A DNA stretch of 44,820 nucleotides, taken from the NCBI GenBank assembly GCA_000934665.2, contig KZ538179.1, forward strand, positions 62,001-106,820. The letters are read 5' to 3'. Shown here piece after piece: positions 12,970-25,500 of this stretch. How positions within the stretch are numbered: position 1 is the first letter of the stretch; each line of letters opens with the position of its first letter. The stretch comes from Catajapyx aquilonaris. Lineage: Eukaryota. Below the pieces are notes generated by a model, which did no database searches, was not told the DNA's origin, and saw only the letters and a program-made list of their open reading frames with translations. Made by a program: the position numbers and the translations under genes.

Positions 12970-14394
12970 GACGGAGAATGGCATCCAGTCTGTGAAAGAA
13001 TTTCTCCAGGGGGAAAGGTGTTAAGAATCACTGGGCCGCTGCAGGCAACGTGGACAACAAGGAGGATTCCTGGAACCGCGTCCATTCCCGACGTCGCCGG
13101 CGTCACCAACTGAAAGGGCGGGAGATCCGATGGAACTTCTTCGTCGGCGACGTCACCTCAAAGACCCACATACCATTGGTCGTTCGGGTTGGATGATCCA
13201 ATCGGAGGCTCCCCACTCAATTTCCACCTGCGCCAGGTGAGTTACAAAAGGAAATGTTGGCGGGGGATAGTTGGAGGCGTGGGTGGGTGGGGTGGGGGGG
13301 GGGGNGGGGGGGGGGTCAGTGGGGGACGCCAGCGCCCTTCACGAATCTTCGATCCCCAAGTCCATCGACGCCCCTGTAAACCTCCCACTCCAACTCCCAC
13401 TATTGCCTAATTAATGTCTCCTGGCATCCGTAACATTTAGAGCCAAAGGAAACAATGCTATATGTCTTATTGACATTTGCCCATGTGTTTCCGCGTCTTC
13501 CACTTTTGTTAGACTTGTCCATGGCCCACATATGGTTTGTTCGACCAACTTCATTAGACCTATACACTTTGCAACCAATTTATTACATGCCCACGTGCCA
13601 GCATAAGTATACTTTATTGACGTTGCGAACCAACAATTCCACTCCATGCTTTCTTTACCACACGACACTGCAACATGAAGGATGACGACGCCTCTTTATG
13701 TCTTGCACACTAGATTGTTAAATAAGCCTGTAAAAATCAAAAGTGTATGTGTCCACCCTAATGTACAGTACCTGACATGTCGTGTGAATAGCTTATGGAT
13801 CCTGTTGCTTGGGCATTCAATTTTTACCAACTCGAGCATCAATGAGAATGTTGGGCTTATCTCTTCAATAACCTATGTCTGATGACTGTAAAGCGCGCGT
13901 GTTCCAGCCTATTATTGCACCATGCTGCGTCAGAAAAGACCTTTGCAATATTTGCGACATTGCCTCCATACGGATATAATGACCTCTAACCCTCTATATC
14001 AAGGGATTTGCCGATAAGGCGTGTTGGCATCATCCTTTGTCCTAAAATATAGAGTATACGGCAACGTATTGGGTGCAGACATGTTGCGCTTCGGGCTGCA
14101 AGTCAGACTGTCAGACAAGAAGAAGCTCAAGGATGGGAAGAAAATATCGGGACATTTTTGACCAAGAAAGGGTAGAAAAATACAGATTTTTCTGGGATCC
14201 TGACAAGTATTGTCAGTTCTGAATACATATTCGTGCTGGAACACGATATGCGACACGTTTGAAGAATCCTCTTTTGCGTATTCCATCGTGAAGAGTTTGT
14301 TAGAGGCAAGATGAGCCGTCTTCTTAAGATGGCAGCACCTGGTGTACATTTCCTATAGAGTTGGGCATAGACCTACCTATATATGATTGTATAC

Positions 14395-14449
14395 TGTATA
14401 TGTATGCAATAGATGTATATGTATGCAATAGATGTATATGTATGCAATA
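14395..14449. repeat. 19-bp tandem repeat, about 3 copies
   Basis: Unit tgtatatgtatgcaataga. Confidence 0.85.
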
Positions 14450-16076
14450 AATATAAGATACAATACAAGAGATCCCTAATGCCAGAATGAGACAAAATGC
14501 ACATGACTGACAGAAAGTGTATAGTTTAAAAACCACAACATTTTTTCAACAGCTTTCCTGGATTGTACTACTGAACGATTGCACAAACCGGTATTAGGAT
14601 TTACGATGTGTTTTATTACGTAACTCAGAGTTTTGTGTCATTTTACACAAAACTGAAACGTTTTTGTGTGTCATACGGCATCTATAGTTCTGTGTCGAAA
14701 GCTTGTCTTCGTTTTGGGGGTATGTTTATTCGCTGACAGCTGTGAAGGCCAAAGTCGCAATTTCGGAGTTATGCGCATGTTGTCCAACAATAGCAGACCC
14801 TTCCGGTCGTCAATCATGCGACAAATCTCGTTAAATATTGAATCGACAAATGAAAAAAAGCCGTCAAAACTCGACAATTCCTGGAAGAGCTTGTATAGGA
14901 AAAACTGCGCGGCACTTTAGTACAAAGTGACAGGTATATAGTACTGTACATTCCAGAGCACAACAGTTACTTTTGGCGTTTTGGGACACCTTGCAGTTTT
15001 TAAAAAGTAGAACTGCTGTCATCCGCGGAAACACCCTCAGTGACTTTGAAGCTCTTTCCAAATACAAAGATAAAAAGATATGTGATGGTGTCCAGTACAC
15101 TTTTCTTCCTTAGAAAATGCATGAAAAACATGACGAAGAGAGCACTTGTCGGCATGCAATAACAATACGGCATAAATCAATTTTTTAAATAACCCAGATA
15201 ATGATTTCACTGAATTGGAGTAGCAGGCACTTACTATTTGTCATCTTTTAGACATCATTTATTGCGCATTTTGATACTACTATACGTATGCGGTTACAGG
15301 TCGTCGCTCTGTAGATGTAGAGTCCATGCTTAATGAAGGTACTCCTTCCACACATCGATTCCACTTCACTTCACCCACCAGACCACACTATATCATCTTT
15401 GCTGTCATGTGTCAAGTAATATATTGCACCTTCCTCATTACTGAATCCCCGCAATGACTCGGGAAGTGCGCTTGGTGGGTCATAATTTGGCTCATTCAGG
15501 TAACACCTGCACATGCTTGCTTTTGATCAATCTCTATACATAACAGCAAGTATTGATGTATAGAGTATAGTCCACTCTTTCTCATAATCAAAGCTCATCA
15601 GTAACAGGTGATTAACTTACTGTTAGTATAATTTATGTAATACAAAGGCAAACAGTAATTTCTTTCTTGGCCGTATGCGTTACATGCACTTCATACTTTC
15701 TGGAGCTCTTGCTGCATTCAACGACATCCTCTTGGGGACGGTAAACACTGCCGAACAAGCATAAGGTCTTAGAAGTGAGCTTTTTGCGTAATGGTCAATA
15801 TATCCACTTAGAAAGAAGGAAGGAAACGGGGCTCATTTCCTTCCATCGATTCATGCCTATAAAACCCTTTACAATCCGTTTCCCCTTGATTCCTGCTAGA
15901 CTAGCACTATTTACTCTCCTCGTATTCTTGCATTTATTATACTCGATCTCGGAATTCAATCGTCGTTAAGATTTATTGCATACTACCAGGTATTATACTA
16001 GTAAGTTGCGAAATTAAGTCATTGTTGTACGCCATTACTCATTTGTAATAATTGTAACTCTTCCATTAATGACATA

Positions 16077-16961
16077 CAGGGTGTATGTTAAGTTCCTGGC
16101 CACCGCCACCAGAGGTGTGGTATTGTACAGTTTAACGTGGCATAGGGTCTCTTTAAGCATAATAATTAGGGACCAACCTATTAAAATAAGAAACATGTTA
16201 AACATGGTTAACTGGTGTTAGCAATCTTAGCATGACCTCTGCCCGTTTGCTTGGCTGATAGGCAAAGGCGATTCAGCTCCTGTTCATCTAAAACCCAGTA
16301 TCGCATTTCTAAAAATTCCAAGTTATGTTTCAGAGGCCTAATTTTGTAACCATGATAATTGCATGGAAGTTATATGAATCGGAAAAAATAGGGCGATTCA
16401 TAATTAAGTGGGCATAAAAGGCGAATATAGTTCAGGACATATAACAAGATCTATAGAAGACCTACAATGATGATGGTAGACACCAACAAAAGGAGTGGGT
16501 GAGGAGCAAAATTGGTCCTGGAATAGCCAGATTCCATTTGAAGAGCACAGAGGAAAAACGGGGAATGTCACACAAAAAATGTCCATGAAAAATCGAAGAA
16601 ATAGCTTTATTTCTTCACGTGTCTAAAGAATAATAGGGATATCTTCACGTCATTATATGCAACTGTCACCCTTGTACCCATGGAAAGCCTCCAGGTATAA
16701 GTGTCACCTATGCTACTATTGTACTGTGCACTTGGTAGGAACCCCAACGGAATTGGACATTCCCCGTTTTTCCCCTGTGCTCTTCATTTATTTTCTTATG
16801 CCTTCAGGTAATATTATTTTTTTCTGGCCTGCGAGGCGCACTTACATTAGACTCGCCCGAGAGAGGCCTGGAGTGCCGGAAGGTCACTTTCGTTATAGAA
16901 AATTTCGCTAAAGTTTTGTTATTGTTTATAACTTGTTGCGCCTGATTCTTGGAACACCCTG
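16077..16961. mobile_element. Possible Tc1/mariner-type non-autonomous element
   Basis: TA|CAGGGTGT at the left and ACACCCTG|TA at the right, the same terminal motif as the 18566 element, but only about 10 bp match. Confidence 0.35.
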
Positions 16962-17313
16962 TACATTTAGTCTATAGTAGTTGTTTTAAAATATCATTAC
17001 GTACAGTGCGTAATTAAAAACAATGTCAACTACTCAATGTGTTACCAATATTACATTCTGAAACGTCTGTCGCGTCCTGTCTATAGTACAGGGGACAAAA
17101 GTGGCACTTTTGCCATGTCTAAAAAGGAAATGATACAACCCTGGAGTTGCACATTTGAAAAAATCCATATAGGTCTATACAGTACAGTATACTTCCGTCG
17201 AAACGTAACCCCACGGCAAACACTGAGAAACTCCTCAACCTCGTGTATACACATTTTGTGGGGATTCATCGGCCCTTTACGCAATACCCGCTTCGTCTAA
17301 TGTACTCAACATA

Positions 17314-17617
17314 TCGTGCCGAACTGTTTACGTTTAAAAAAAAATATGTTTACATGTGTACGTACCTACATTGCGTGAATGTTTTGAGTGCATGTGTATG
17401 TTATTGTCATTCATTTCATCATCATCCTATCCATTATATCCTCTCGTGGCCTGACCAGTCACTGGACTTTGGAGGAGGAGGATCCATTGTAATGCTCGTA
17501 CCAAATACTATTAACGCGCTTTTAAATTTTAAATTTGCTTAAACTTGCTCGTACGAGATGACCAGGTGAATGTACCTGGTCATCGCTGGCAACCCCGTTT
17601 TGGGGAAGTGCCGTGAT
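17314..17617 (+). repeat. Interspersed repeat, copy 1 (partner at 18202-18430)
   Basis: Shared blocks tacattgcgtgaatgttttgagtgcatgt, tggcctgaccagtcactg and tcgtacgagatgaccaggtgaatgtacctggtcatcgctggcaacc. Confidence 0.9.
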
Positions 17618-17656
17618 TGATTGATTGATTGATTGATTATTATTATTATTATTATT
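17614..17656. repeat. Compound microsatellite (GATT)n(ATT)n
   Basis: Directly visible. Confidence 0.9.
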
Positions 17657-18201
17657 GTGAATAATAAAATATTATTTTCTGCGCTCTTGTAGTAATAACC
17701 AAATGTCACAACTCCACCACCAGAAGTAGGGTGTGCTCCACATACCTATCTGTGACAGCTTTGTCGTGAAACAGATTACCGGTACTTTCAAGGCTGTTTT
17801 TTTCCTAAACAACGCCATGACTTATTTATAAAATGCAACCCAAACATAACAAGCATTATGCTTTGTAGTATAGGGTGTTTCTTACTGCAACCCAACGGAC
17901 ATCCTGAAATAGAATCCACTTCCGGAACCTCCCACAGTTTTCATAATATATTTCCAGGGAGACTTCCTCGAGCAACCACACTAAGGAGTAAACAGCGGGC
18001 GTTATTTTGTTATTGCTGTGTGAAGGCATTTCCATGGAAGATGTCGCCTTTGACGATTCCTGCACGGAGTAGTAATACTCCGTGATTCCTGAGACGATTT
18101 AACAGTCAATTTCCTTGTGCTCAGGTCCAATGATATACAATATCTCAATGGCATTCCAAATTTGAGTAAGTGTCAAAATAAATTCTGAGGGTATTAACAT
18201 C

Positions 18202-18430
18202 TCGTGCCGCACTGTTTACATCCACCCCCCAATCTGTTTACATGTGTACTACATACATTGCGTGAATGTTTTGAGTGCATGTATATGTTCATGTCATTCA
18301 TTTGATCATCATTCTATCCACTACTTGGCCTGACCAGTCACTGAAGGATCCATTGTAATGGTCGTACGAGATGACCAGGTGAATGTACCTGGTCATCGCT
18401 GGCAACCGCATTTTGGTAAAATGCCGTGAT
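18202..18430 (+). repeat. Interspersed repeat, copy 2
   Basis: Direct repeat of 17314-17617 lacking two internal segments. Confidence 0.9.
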
Positions 18431-18565
18431 TGATTGTGATTGTATGTGAATACTGTAAAATACGTTTTCATCCCCATCTCGTTTCCTCTTCTCCCCCTCT
18501 TATCTTCCACTATTACTTTCTATCCCACCCTCTAAAATTTTGTCACTGGTGACCTCAGGATTATA

Positions 18566-18922
18566 CAGGGTGTATCAAAACTCTACCATAAGCCATGTAC
18601 CAATGGCATAAGCACGGGCATAGGGGGCACCAGAGCATCATCATATGTAGAGGGGTCATCATGTCTAGGCAGCCAAGCCCTCAGTGACTACCCCAATAGC
18701 AGTGTGGCAGTAGCCCCCCAGAAAATAGCTGCGACCTTCACCTGTGATGCGATTGGCGGCTGAAGGTTTGCATACCTGCCAGGATATTTTATACCTATTG
18801 GTTGAGGTCAATTATCTCGGTCATGCGGCGGCCCAGGCCTATGATTCCCATACTGTAAATGATCATCTGCTGACCATTACGCCATTGGCATATGGCTTAT
18901 GGTAGAGTTTTGATACACCCTG
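18566..18922. mobile_element. Tc1/mariner-type MITE with TA TSD
   Basis: TIR CAGGGTGTATCAAAACTCTACCATAAGCCAT is a perfect 31-bp match, extending imperfectly, and is flanked by TA on both sides. Confidence 0.9.
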
Positions 18923-19919
18923 TATAATTAGCATCGTAAATTGAAATAGTTAGCAACTATAGGTACGACATTGGATGAAATGTACATTACGCTTCTTGGA
19001 AAAAACCACTCAACAAAATATCACTGGGAAATTATACGTCCGCATAATCATAATAATACGCAGGCGTACAGGAGAGAAACTTATGAATGAACGCGTCAAA
19101 TAAATAATAATTATATTGACCATTTCATTGAATAAGATAATTCCATGGCCACTATGCAGTTAGTTTTTATTTGAGTGTGCCTTGATGACCACCTCATGTA
19201 GAGTATATCCCATTTATCCAAGGGAGTGACACATTCGTTGGCTCCTGCTTGAGGAAAAAAAAAACACCTATGAAATGGGTGTAATATAGTCTGCTACAGG
19301 TCATTGGTCGACTCGGCTTGACTAATGATTTTACAGTGACTCTTTTAAATCCTCTATACATTTGTCGATAATTTAATCGCCATGTCACGATATCGAGTTC
19401 TGACCACATGTGAAATAAATTGTTAACAAATTAAATCAACAAACCTAATGATAAAATATAAGTACACACATTTTTTCAAATTATATCCTACGGGCACTTC
19501 AGCAAACCAAATGTTTTAAAAGTGTATACATTTATTTCTCGATGATGGTAGACCTATTCGCAGCAGATAAGGTGGTTTGATCAGGAATGAAAAGGTTGTT
19601 CAAATGATGAAAAAAAACTACACAAATGTGGAAACCATGCCATATTAAATAACGACCTCAAAAAATACAGTCGATGTAGCAAAACGTGCTTATTTACAAC
19701 TCAAAACACAAGCAGTAAATATGAAAAAAATTGCTCTTACCCAAGATGCGACACACACTCCGCAATTAAAACTATAACTAGAAAGCATCCATTAAATCTC
19801 ATTTTAATAATATCTATTGCTTTCTTAGTCGTTATGACCAGAAAAAATCTTGCACAGCTAAGATCAGGTACAAAGTCGCAATTATTCCGAGGACATATGC
19901 TGTAGTTGCACAATCCTCA

Positions 19920-21832
19920 TCACAAAATTGTAACGACAATGCCCCCAAGGCTATCTTGGATGGGAGAAGGATGAGGTTGGCCTTCTCGTGTGTCTCCTGG
20001 ACCTCCTGGGTCTTGGACAACGATGGGAGTCATTAGCACTAGACGAACTTGCTGATGTAGACGTTGCCATGACTTCCATTGCTTCCAGTGGTACCTGAAA
20101 AGCGCGTCCAATCAGTACATTTGTCACATGTTGGGAATTTTAGCATTGATCCTTTTTACTACTGCGAAAACTGTGGAGTCACGTTTCAGAGTAAACATTA
20201 TTGGGAAAGGGTTGGCACAATATACATAATTCAATACGATTCTGTAGAAGCTCATCTAGTTGTGGAGTACATTTCGCGAGAACGCCTGACTCATCTCCAA
20301 TTTATCAAAACATGCTCAAACGATTGGTTTAAAAACGCCATAAAAATCTATATGAAAGTGATTCTTCAAAGAATTTGCTTTGCCAGTACTGACAAGGTAA
20401 TGGGTCAACCGGAAAAAGGCAGTTGAATTCAGCATGTTACGAGACTGATATTGATTGAATGATGCAACCTAAGGGAGTTTCTATTAGCAAAACTGTGTGA
20501 CCAAGGTGCCCCAACAAGTGCCTACACGACAGAAATCACACAAAGAAGAAATAATGTACATGCTCAAACATGTCGTTTTATGCGATTTCCCTCCCATTAA
20601 TGGAATGTTTCTTCTTGCTAGATGACACGCTCAAGCAGTGGCAAATTACACGCCTGCCATTTCAATACAACATAGGGGCAGGATGTGACTGAAACCATAT
20701 GTTTACATTATATTTCCTGCGGGGCATTCCATGGTTGTTACAACTTTTTTTCCCCCCCGGAGTGGGCCATTTACCTTGTGGTGATGACGCACCACACCAG
20801 GAAGACGAACAGGAGCGACGAAGAGAGCGCAATGAGTCCAGCAGCTTCCAGCTTCTGAGTGGGCATGTAATGGTAAGCTCCTAGGGAGCACAGGTACGAA
20901 GACAGGGCTGACAGAGGCAGAAGTAAAGCCAAGCAAGCCAAGTCTCCAATCAGGTTGCGCAGATCGGCACGGTTGGCCGGATCTTGCATCCACTAGTGTT
21001 ATAAAAATATCAGTGTCAAACACATGTATCACAGTTGATATGCACAGTACCTCTGAGAATCCACGTAAGGTCCGGTGGGTAACGAAGTGGTACTTGCAGA
21101 TCTCGCAGACATCAGTGTTGCTCTGGGAGAGCCACAGCTCCAGGCATCTGACATGGACCTGACCCAGGCTTCCAGAACAGTTACACGGAGAGACCAACTC
21201 GCCCTTGGACTGACCTGGCACACACATGAGCAGACGTAGTGTCGAAACAGGTACTACACATTATGCCATTTCACTTCCCCGTTGAACTCGCACCGTTTGA
21301 ACACATGGTAGTGAATTCAAGTTCTCAGATCAGAACAAATGCATTGTTAGGCCCAGAGTCCAATGTTAAAATGCAAAATTAGTTCGAAGCAACAAGAGGA
21401 GCTGTTGCAACATATATGTTTCTGGAGTAAACTATCAATTTTATTTTCTGATGCTGCGACTCTGTGCATCAACCTGCATATTGTACAGTTCTATCCAAGT
21501 AAAAACATACTGTATATTTTCTCTAAATTTTCTAGGCGACTATTAGAAACTGTTCGATGGAGTGCAACGTATCAATAAGCAGTAAATACCTTCGTGACAA
21601 ATGCGACAGAAGGACACTTCACTCTGGTTGGAAGGAGTAGTCGGTGAAGCGCTTCCCTGTGAAATGAGACATTGACACATCTTCACTCAAATTGAACCTG
21701 AACGCACGCAGTACTTACCTTCCTAGGCGACACAGGCACCTGGGTGCAGGAGAAAACCCTTCTAAACCTCCCAATCCTCCATTTGCTGTTGGACGTCCCC
21801 TTTCCTCTCTTGGCACTCCCTTCCTCCTCCAT
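19920..21832 (-). CDS. Membrane-associated RING-CH E3 ubiquitin ligase, MARCH2/MARCH3-like (245 aa)
   Basis: Exons 21719-21832, 21590-21656, 21051-21214, 20775-20992 and 19920-20094 give a 738-nt CDS. C4HC3 RING-CH (CRICHEG...SPCNCSGSLGQVHVRCLELWL...CEIC), two hydrophobic helices, then RYHWKQWKSWQR. Confidence 0.93.
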
Positions 21833-21999
21833 CGCCTGCTGCACCCTCCCTCCCTGATCCCCGACCCGGAATGCAGATCCGTACCCTCCGCCCGGCAGCA
21901 ACCCCGACCCTTTATGCCCCTTTTTCCTACCCGGCCACCTTCCGCTGCTCCTCCATTCCAAATGGGGCGCCCATTTGGACAGGCTCGCCCACTAGCCAT

Positions 22000-22273
22000 T
22001 GTTGCTATCGGCACAGTTTACACCCGTATCTAACCTACATTATCGATAATTGCACATAAGGTGATTATAAATTATTAGTTACGATTTAAAATATGTTATT
22101 ACCGGAGTATGCTACTTTCTGACCGCAGCGCCTCTAGCGGCAGATTGGTAGCTAGGATGCGAGTTTAACTGTTCGTTAATCAATCTCATGCCGTGTTAAC
22201 ATAGCCAACTAATGTTAACAAAAATGGGTTTAAAAATAGTTATTTCGAAATAAAGTTTAAAATTAACTTGCAG
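22000..22273. promoter_or_regulatory. Bidirectional promoter region with DRE (TATCGATA at 22041-22048)
   Basis: Lies between the divergent E3 and SUCO genes. Exact DRE palindrome, plus a CTCF-like GCGCCTCTAGCGGC at about 22128-22141. Confidence 0.65.
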
Positions 22274-22578
22274 ATTGGATGTGCGGGGATGGAGTGTGAA
22301 GCGGAAGTGGACGTACACGTCAGTTTTTAAACGATGGTCGCGACGAGAAGGTTCGTTCGCGGGAGGATCGCGGACCTTGCGGGGAGAAGCACCACTCGGG
22401 ACTAGAGAGATCGACCCGCGAAGGCGCGACCTTTACTCGCCTTGGGCTGCGTGCACTGCACACTCTCTGCCTCTCCTCGTTTCGTGGTGGGGAGTTGGAC
22501 CCAGGGTGCTGCCCTTCCCTGGCTCCCATCCCAACTGAGGGATGGTGACGGTGGGGTTTCCTCGGAGGAAGGCGTAAG

Positions 22579-25500
22579 ATGCACGCGATGCCGAAACATG
22601 CCGGAGTCACCCTCAAGTCGGTGCTCATCACACTCTTTTTCTTGAGGTACGTGCGATTGTTACACCAGGGTGGAACTGGAGGGATGTACACAGTAGGCCT
22701 AGAGAGGGGGTAACACCCGACTGTTTGAGTGTACACCACTTGTTAGTACCATTGGTGTAGTTACATTGCATTATAACAAGTTGCCTGGTTTTCTTCCAGT
22801 CTGCATTTGCCAGTGGGGATGACTCCGGCGGCGGTGGAAGACCCAAGGTCAAAGGCGTTTCCAGCACCCAGCAAAGAACATTCGGTCAAGAAGAAGGAAA
22901 GTAAGAGCAGCGTTGCAGATAGTGTCACGGTGAATCAAGTTAAAACAGTGGAAGGTGATGAGCGGACCGAACCTCAAGGGAAGTGTGAAGGTGGGAGTGT
23001 ACCTGCAAGTGAAGGAGTTGTGACTGACAAAGTGGTTAGAGAAGAGGAAAAATATGAACCACAGGTAAATTGTGTGTGAATTATATGATGTAAATTAAGA
23101 ATTAGTTTGGCATAAGAATTTTACTACCAATAACAGCCTAAATTGCTATAGTGCGTGTCAGCAAACAACTTTTATTGCTAAAGCTTTCAAAATATTGCAC
23201 GTGGAAGATATTGTGATCTTGATTATAACAAGAGTTTAGGTTGGCAATTTTTTTATCTAAGGTTCATCTTCCGTGGACTTACTTTTAAAATTACTTTACC
23301 TACATTCATATTTGTTATCAGTTCAGTAGTGATAAAAGTACAACGTTGACTCACACTATTTATTATAGTTGAGTAAGGATAACTTCACCAGTGTGAGTCC
23401 ATGTTAAAATCACTCATATTTAATTTGGGCATATTATGCAGTGAAAATTATCCACTATGAACAAGGATAAATCTTTATTGTACAAGTATAGAGCAGTGGT
23501 TTGTGTTATCACTCATGTAGTTTCATTGCCCTCAAAACGTGCACAGTGCTGCCACCCAAATATAGGGCATGTCAAGTTGAAATGCTACAATCAAGGAGAT
23601 CCTAGGTGTTACCATTCCTTTCTCAATGAAGAGGAGTTTGACATTGTGTAGGATATCCTGCCCTGCTATCAACCGAGGCAATGCACGGAGTAACCAACTC
23701 TAATGCCAAACGTTACTTGCATGTGATCTTTCCTGCCTGACTCTGTCACGACTGTCACATTCTACATCTAAGCATATCATAAACCACAAGAGGGCGGTGC
23801 ACTTATCCACAGCATTATTGGTGATGATGACCACAGTACAGGTGATAGCTGATAGTGATGATATAATGCAACTGCTCATGCTTGAGAATGGTTAAAGGGG
23901 CTGCATTGAGATGAAGCAGCGCTAGAGAAGTCCTGCATTTCTTGAACATTGTACTTGCAACTGTTGCATCATTTTGGATCCAAGGTAACTGGGTGTAGCA
24001 ATGAGGAAATTGCAAGGGTAATTCAAATTTGTAATGGTGGTGTGTTGTATTAATAATGCCTGGACAGTTATTTTCAAATTACCATTTCACTTCAAAAAAA
24101 AAAAACAAGATGAGGCTAGTAGGACACCCTCCCTCTCACTTGTCAGATGAATTCATCATACTCCTAACAGTACCTGCATTTATTTGAAGTACTTTCAACA
24201 TAATGGGCCCTAAGCACAGTGAAACTATTTTATTAAACGACACATTTTAAAAATCATCATTATGCATAATATATTTAGCTGGGGGGGAGACGGAGTGGCG
24301 CCGCGGTAACGCGTGCGCTCACGGAAGTTAAGGTCCCGGGTTCAATCCCCACCCGGGGTTCCCACCTTCTTTCGTGCAGAGTTGGGCCATCTCTGGCTTC
24401 GTTTCGGGTGGCAATTTCTGATAGACTAAGCCACCCGGGGGAGTTCACAAAATGACCAATTAACGACTGCGCACTTGCACTTTGCACATCCCCTCCTAAT
24501 TACCCTTGGAGCAATTAAGTATATCCATGTACATCGCTCCAAACCCAAAATGGTGGTAATCCACCCCCCTAGAAATGACCTATCGGCCAGATAACGGGGT
24601 ACAACTAAAAAATAATAATAATAATAATAATAATAAAATAATAATATATTTAGCTGGGACAATGTAAGGTATTTCAATTGATGGGTTATGCTGAATGTAC
24701 TAATTAAATACCAAACAATTTTCATGCAAGTTACTGGTTTTCTGCACATTTTAATGTGTAAGGTGACCAAATTTGGCTTGTTGTGTGCATATGGAGAAGT
24801 CTTTTCATAGGAAATGCTTGGCAGTTAAAACATGAATGATCTACACTTAATGGGGACGATTTTGTAACAATGTGGTTGTAATTATAATGTGCACTAGCAA
24901 CTAATGGTCTACATTACATCCGATGCCTAAGTCAAGTAAGGCCATTCATATGCAAAGAGAATGGTGGTGTAGTTATTGTCATTTGAGGACTTCCTGGTAC
25001 TCAAGGCAGTAATAAGCTGGCATTCAAGGTCATTAGCTATGAAGCAAACTCAATATTTAGCATGTTTTGCATAGCAGATGTACTTGGAATATATTGTAAT
25101 TTGGGACATTGCTGTTACTTTCTGTCATGTGCTTAAATAACATTTTGCCGCAGAATTGTGGCATTTTACAGTAATGCTTGGGCTGATTCAAAAGTCATGA
25201 TATGTATGTTTTTGCTTCAACACCATTTACTACATTGAACTATAAGTAATTTTATAGGGCTGTGGTTTTCTTTAATACTGTCTTCAGGTGGGGTGCAGTG
25301 TAGTACGATTAAGACAGCAACACAATGAACAATGATATTCCCTGGAATTTCCAGAGCGGTTCTTGGAACATGTGGGTTCAATTTCTTATTGAATGTGTGT
25401 GTACTGACTTTCACAAGCTAGTAGTCACTGTTGTCATTCCTGTTTTATAAGTTTGTGTCACACCATTACTGCTGCAATATGTATACCACTGGCAGAGAAG

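Noticed and set aside
19832..20020. Alternate-frame ORF with a hydrophobic tail overlapping the MARCH stop
   Set aside because: TTG start, a stop just upstream, and no acceptor matching the phase-2 donor of exon 4.
24281..24360. tRNA gene call (also at 25585 and 31622)
   Set aside because: A and B boxes are present, but bodies, tails and TSDs, or homology to such a copy, show these are SINE heads.
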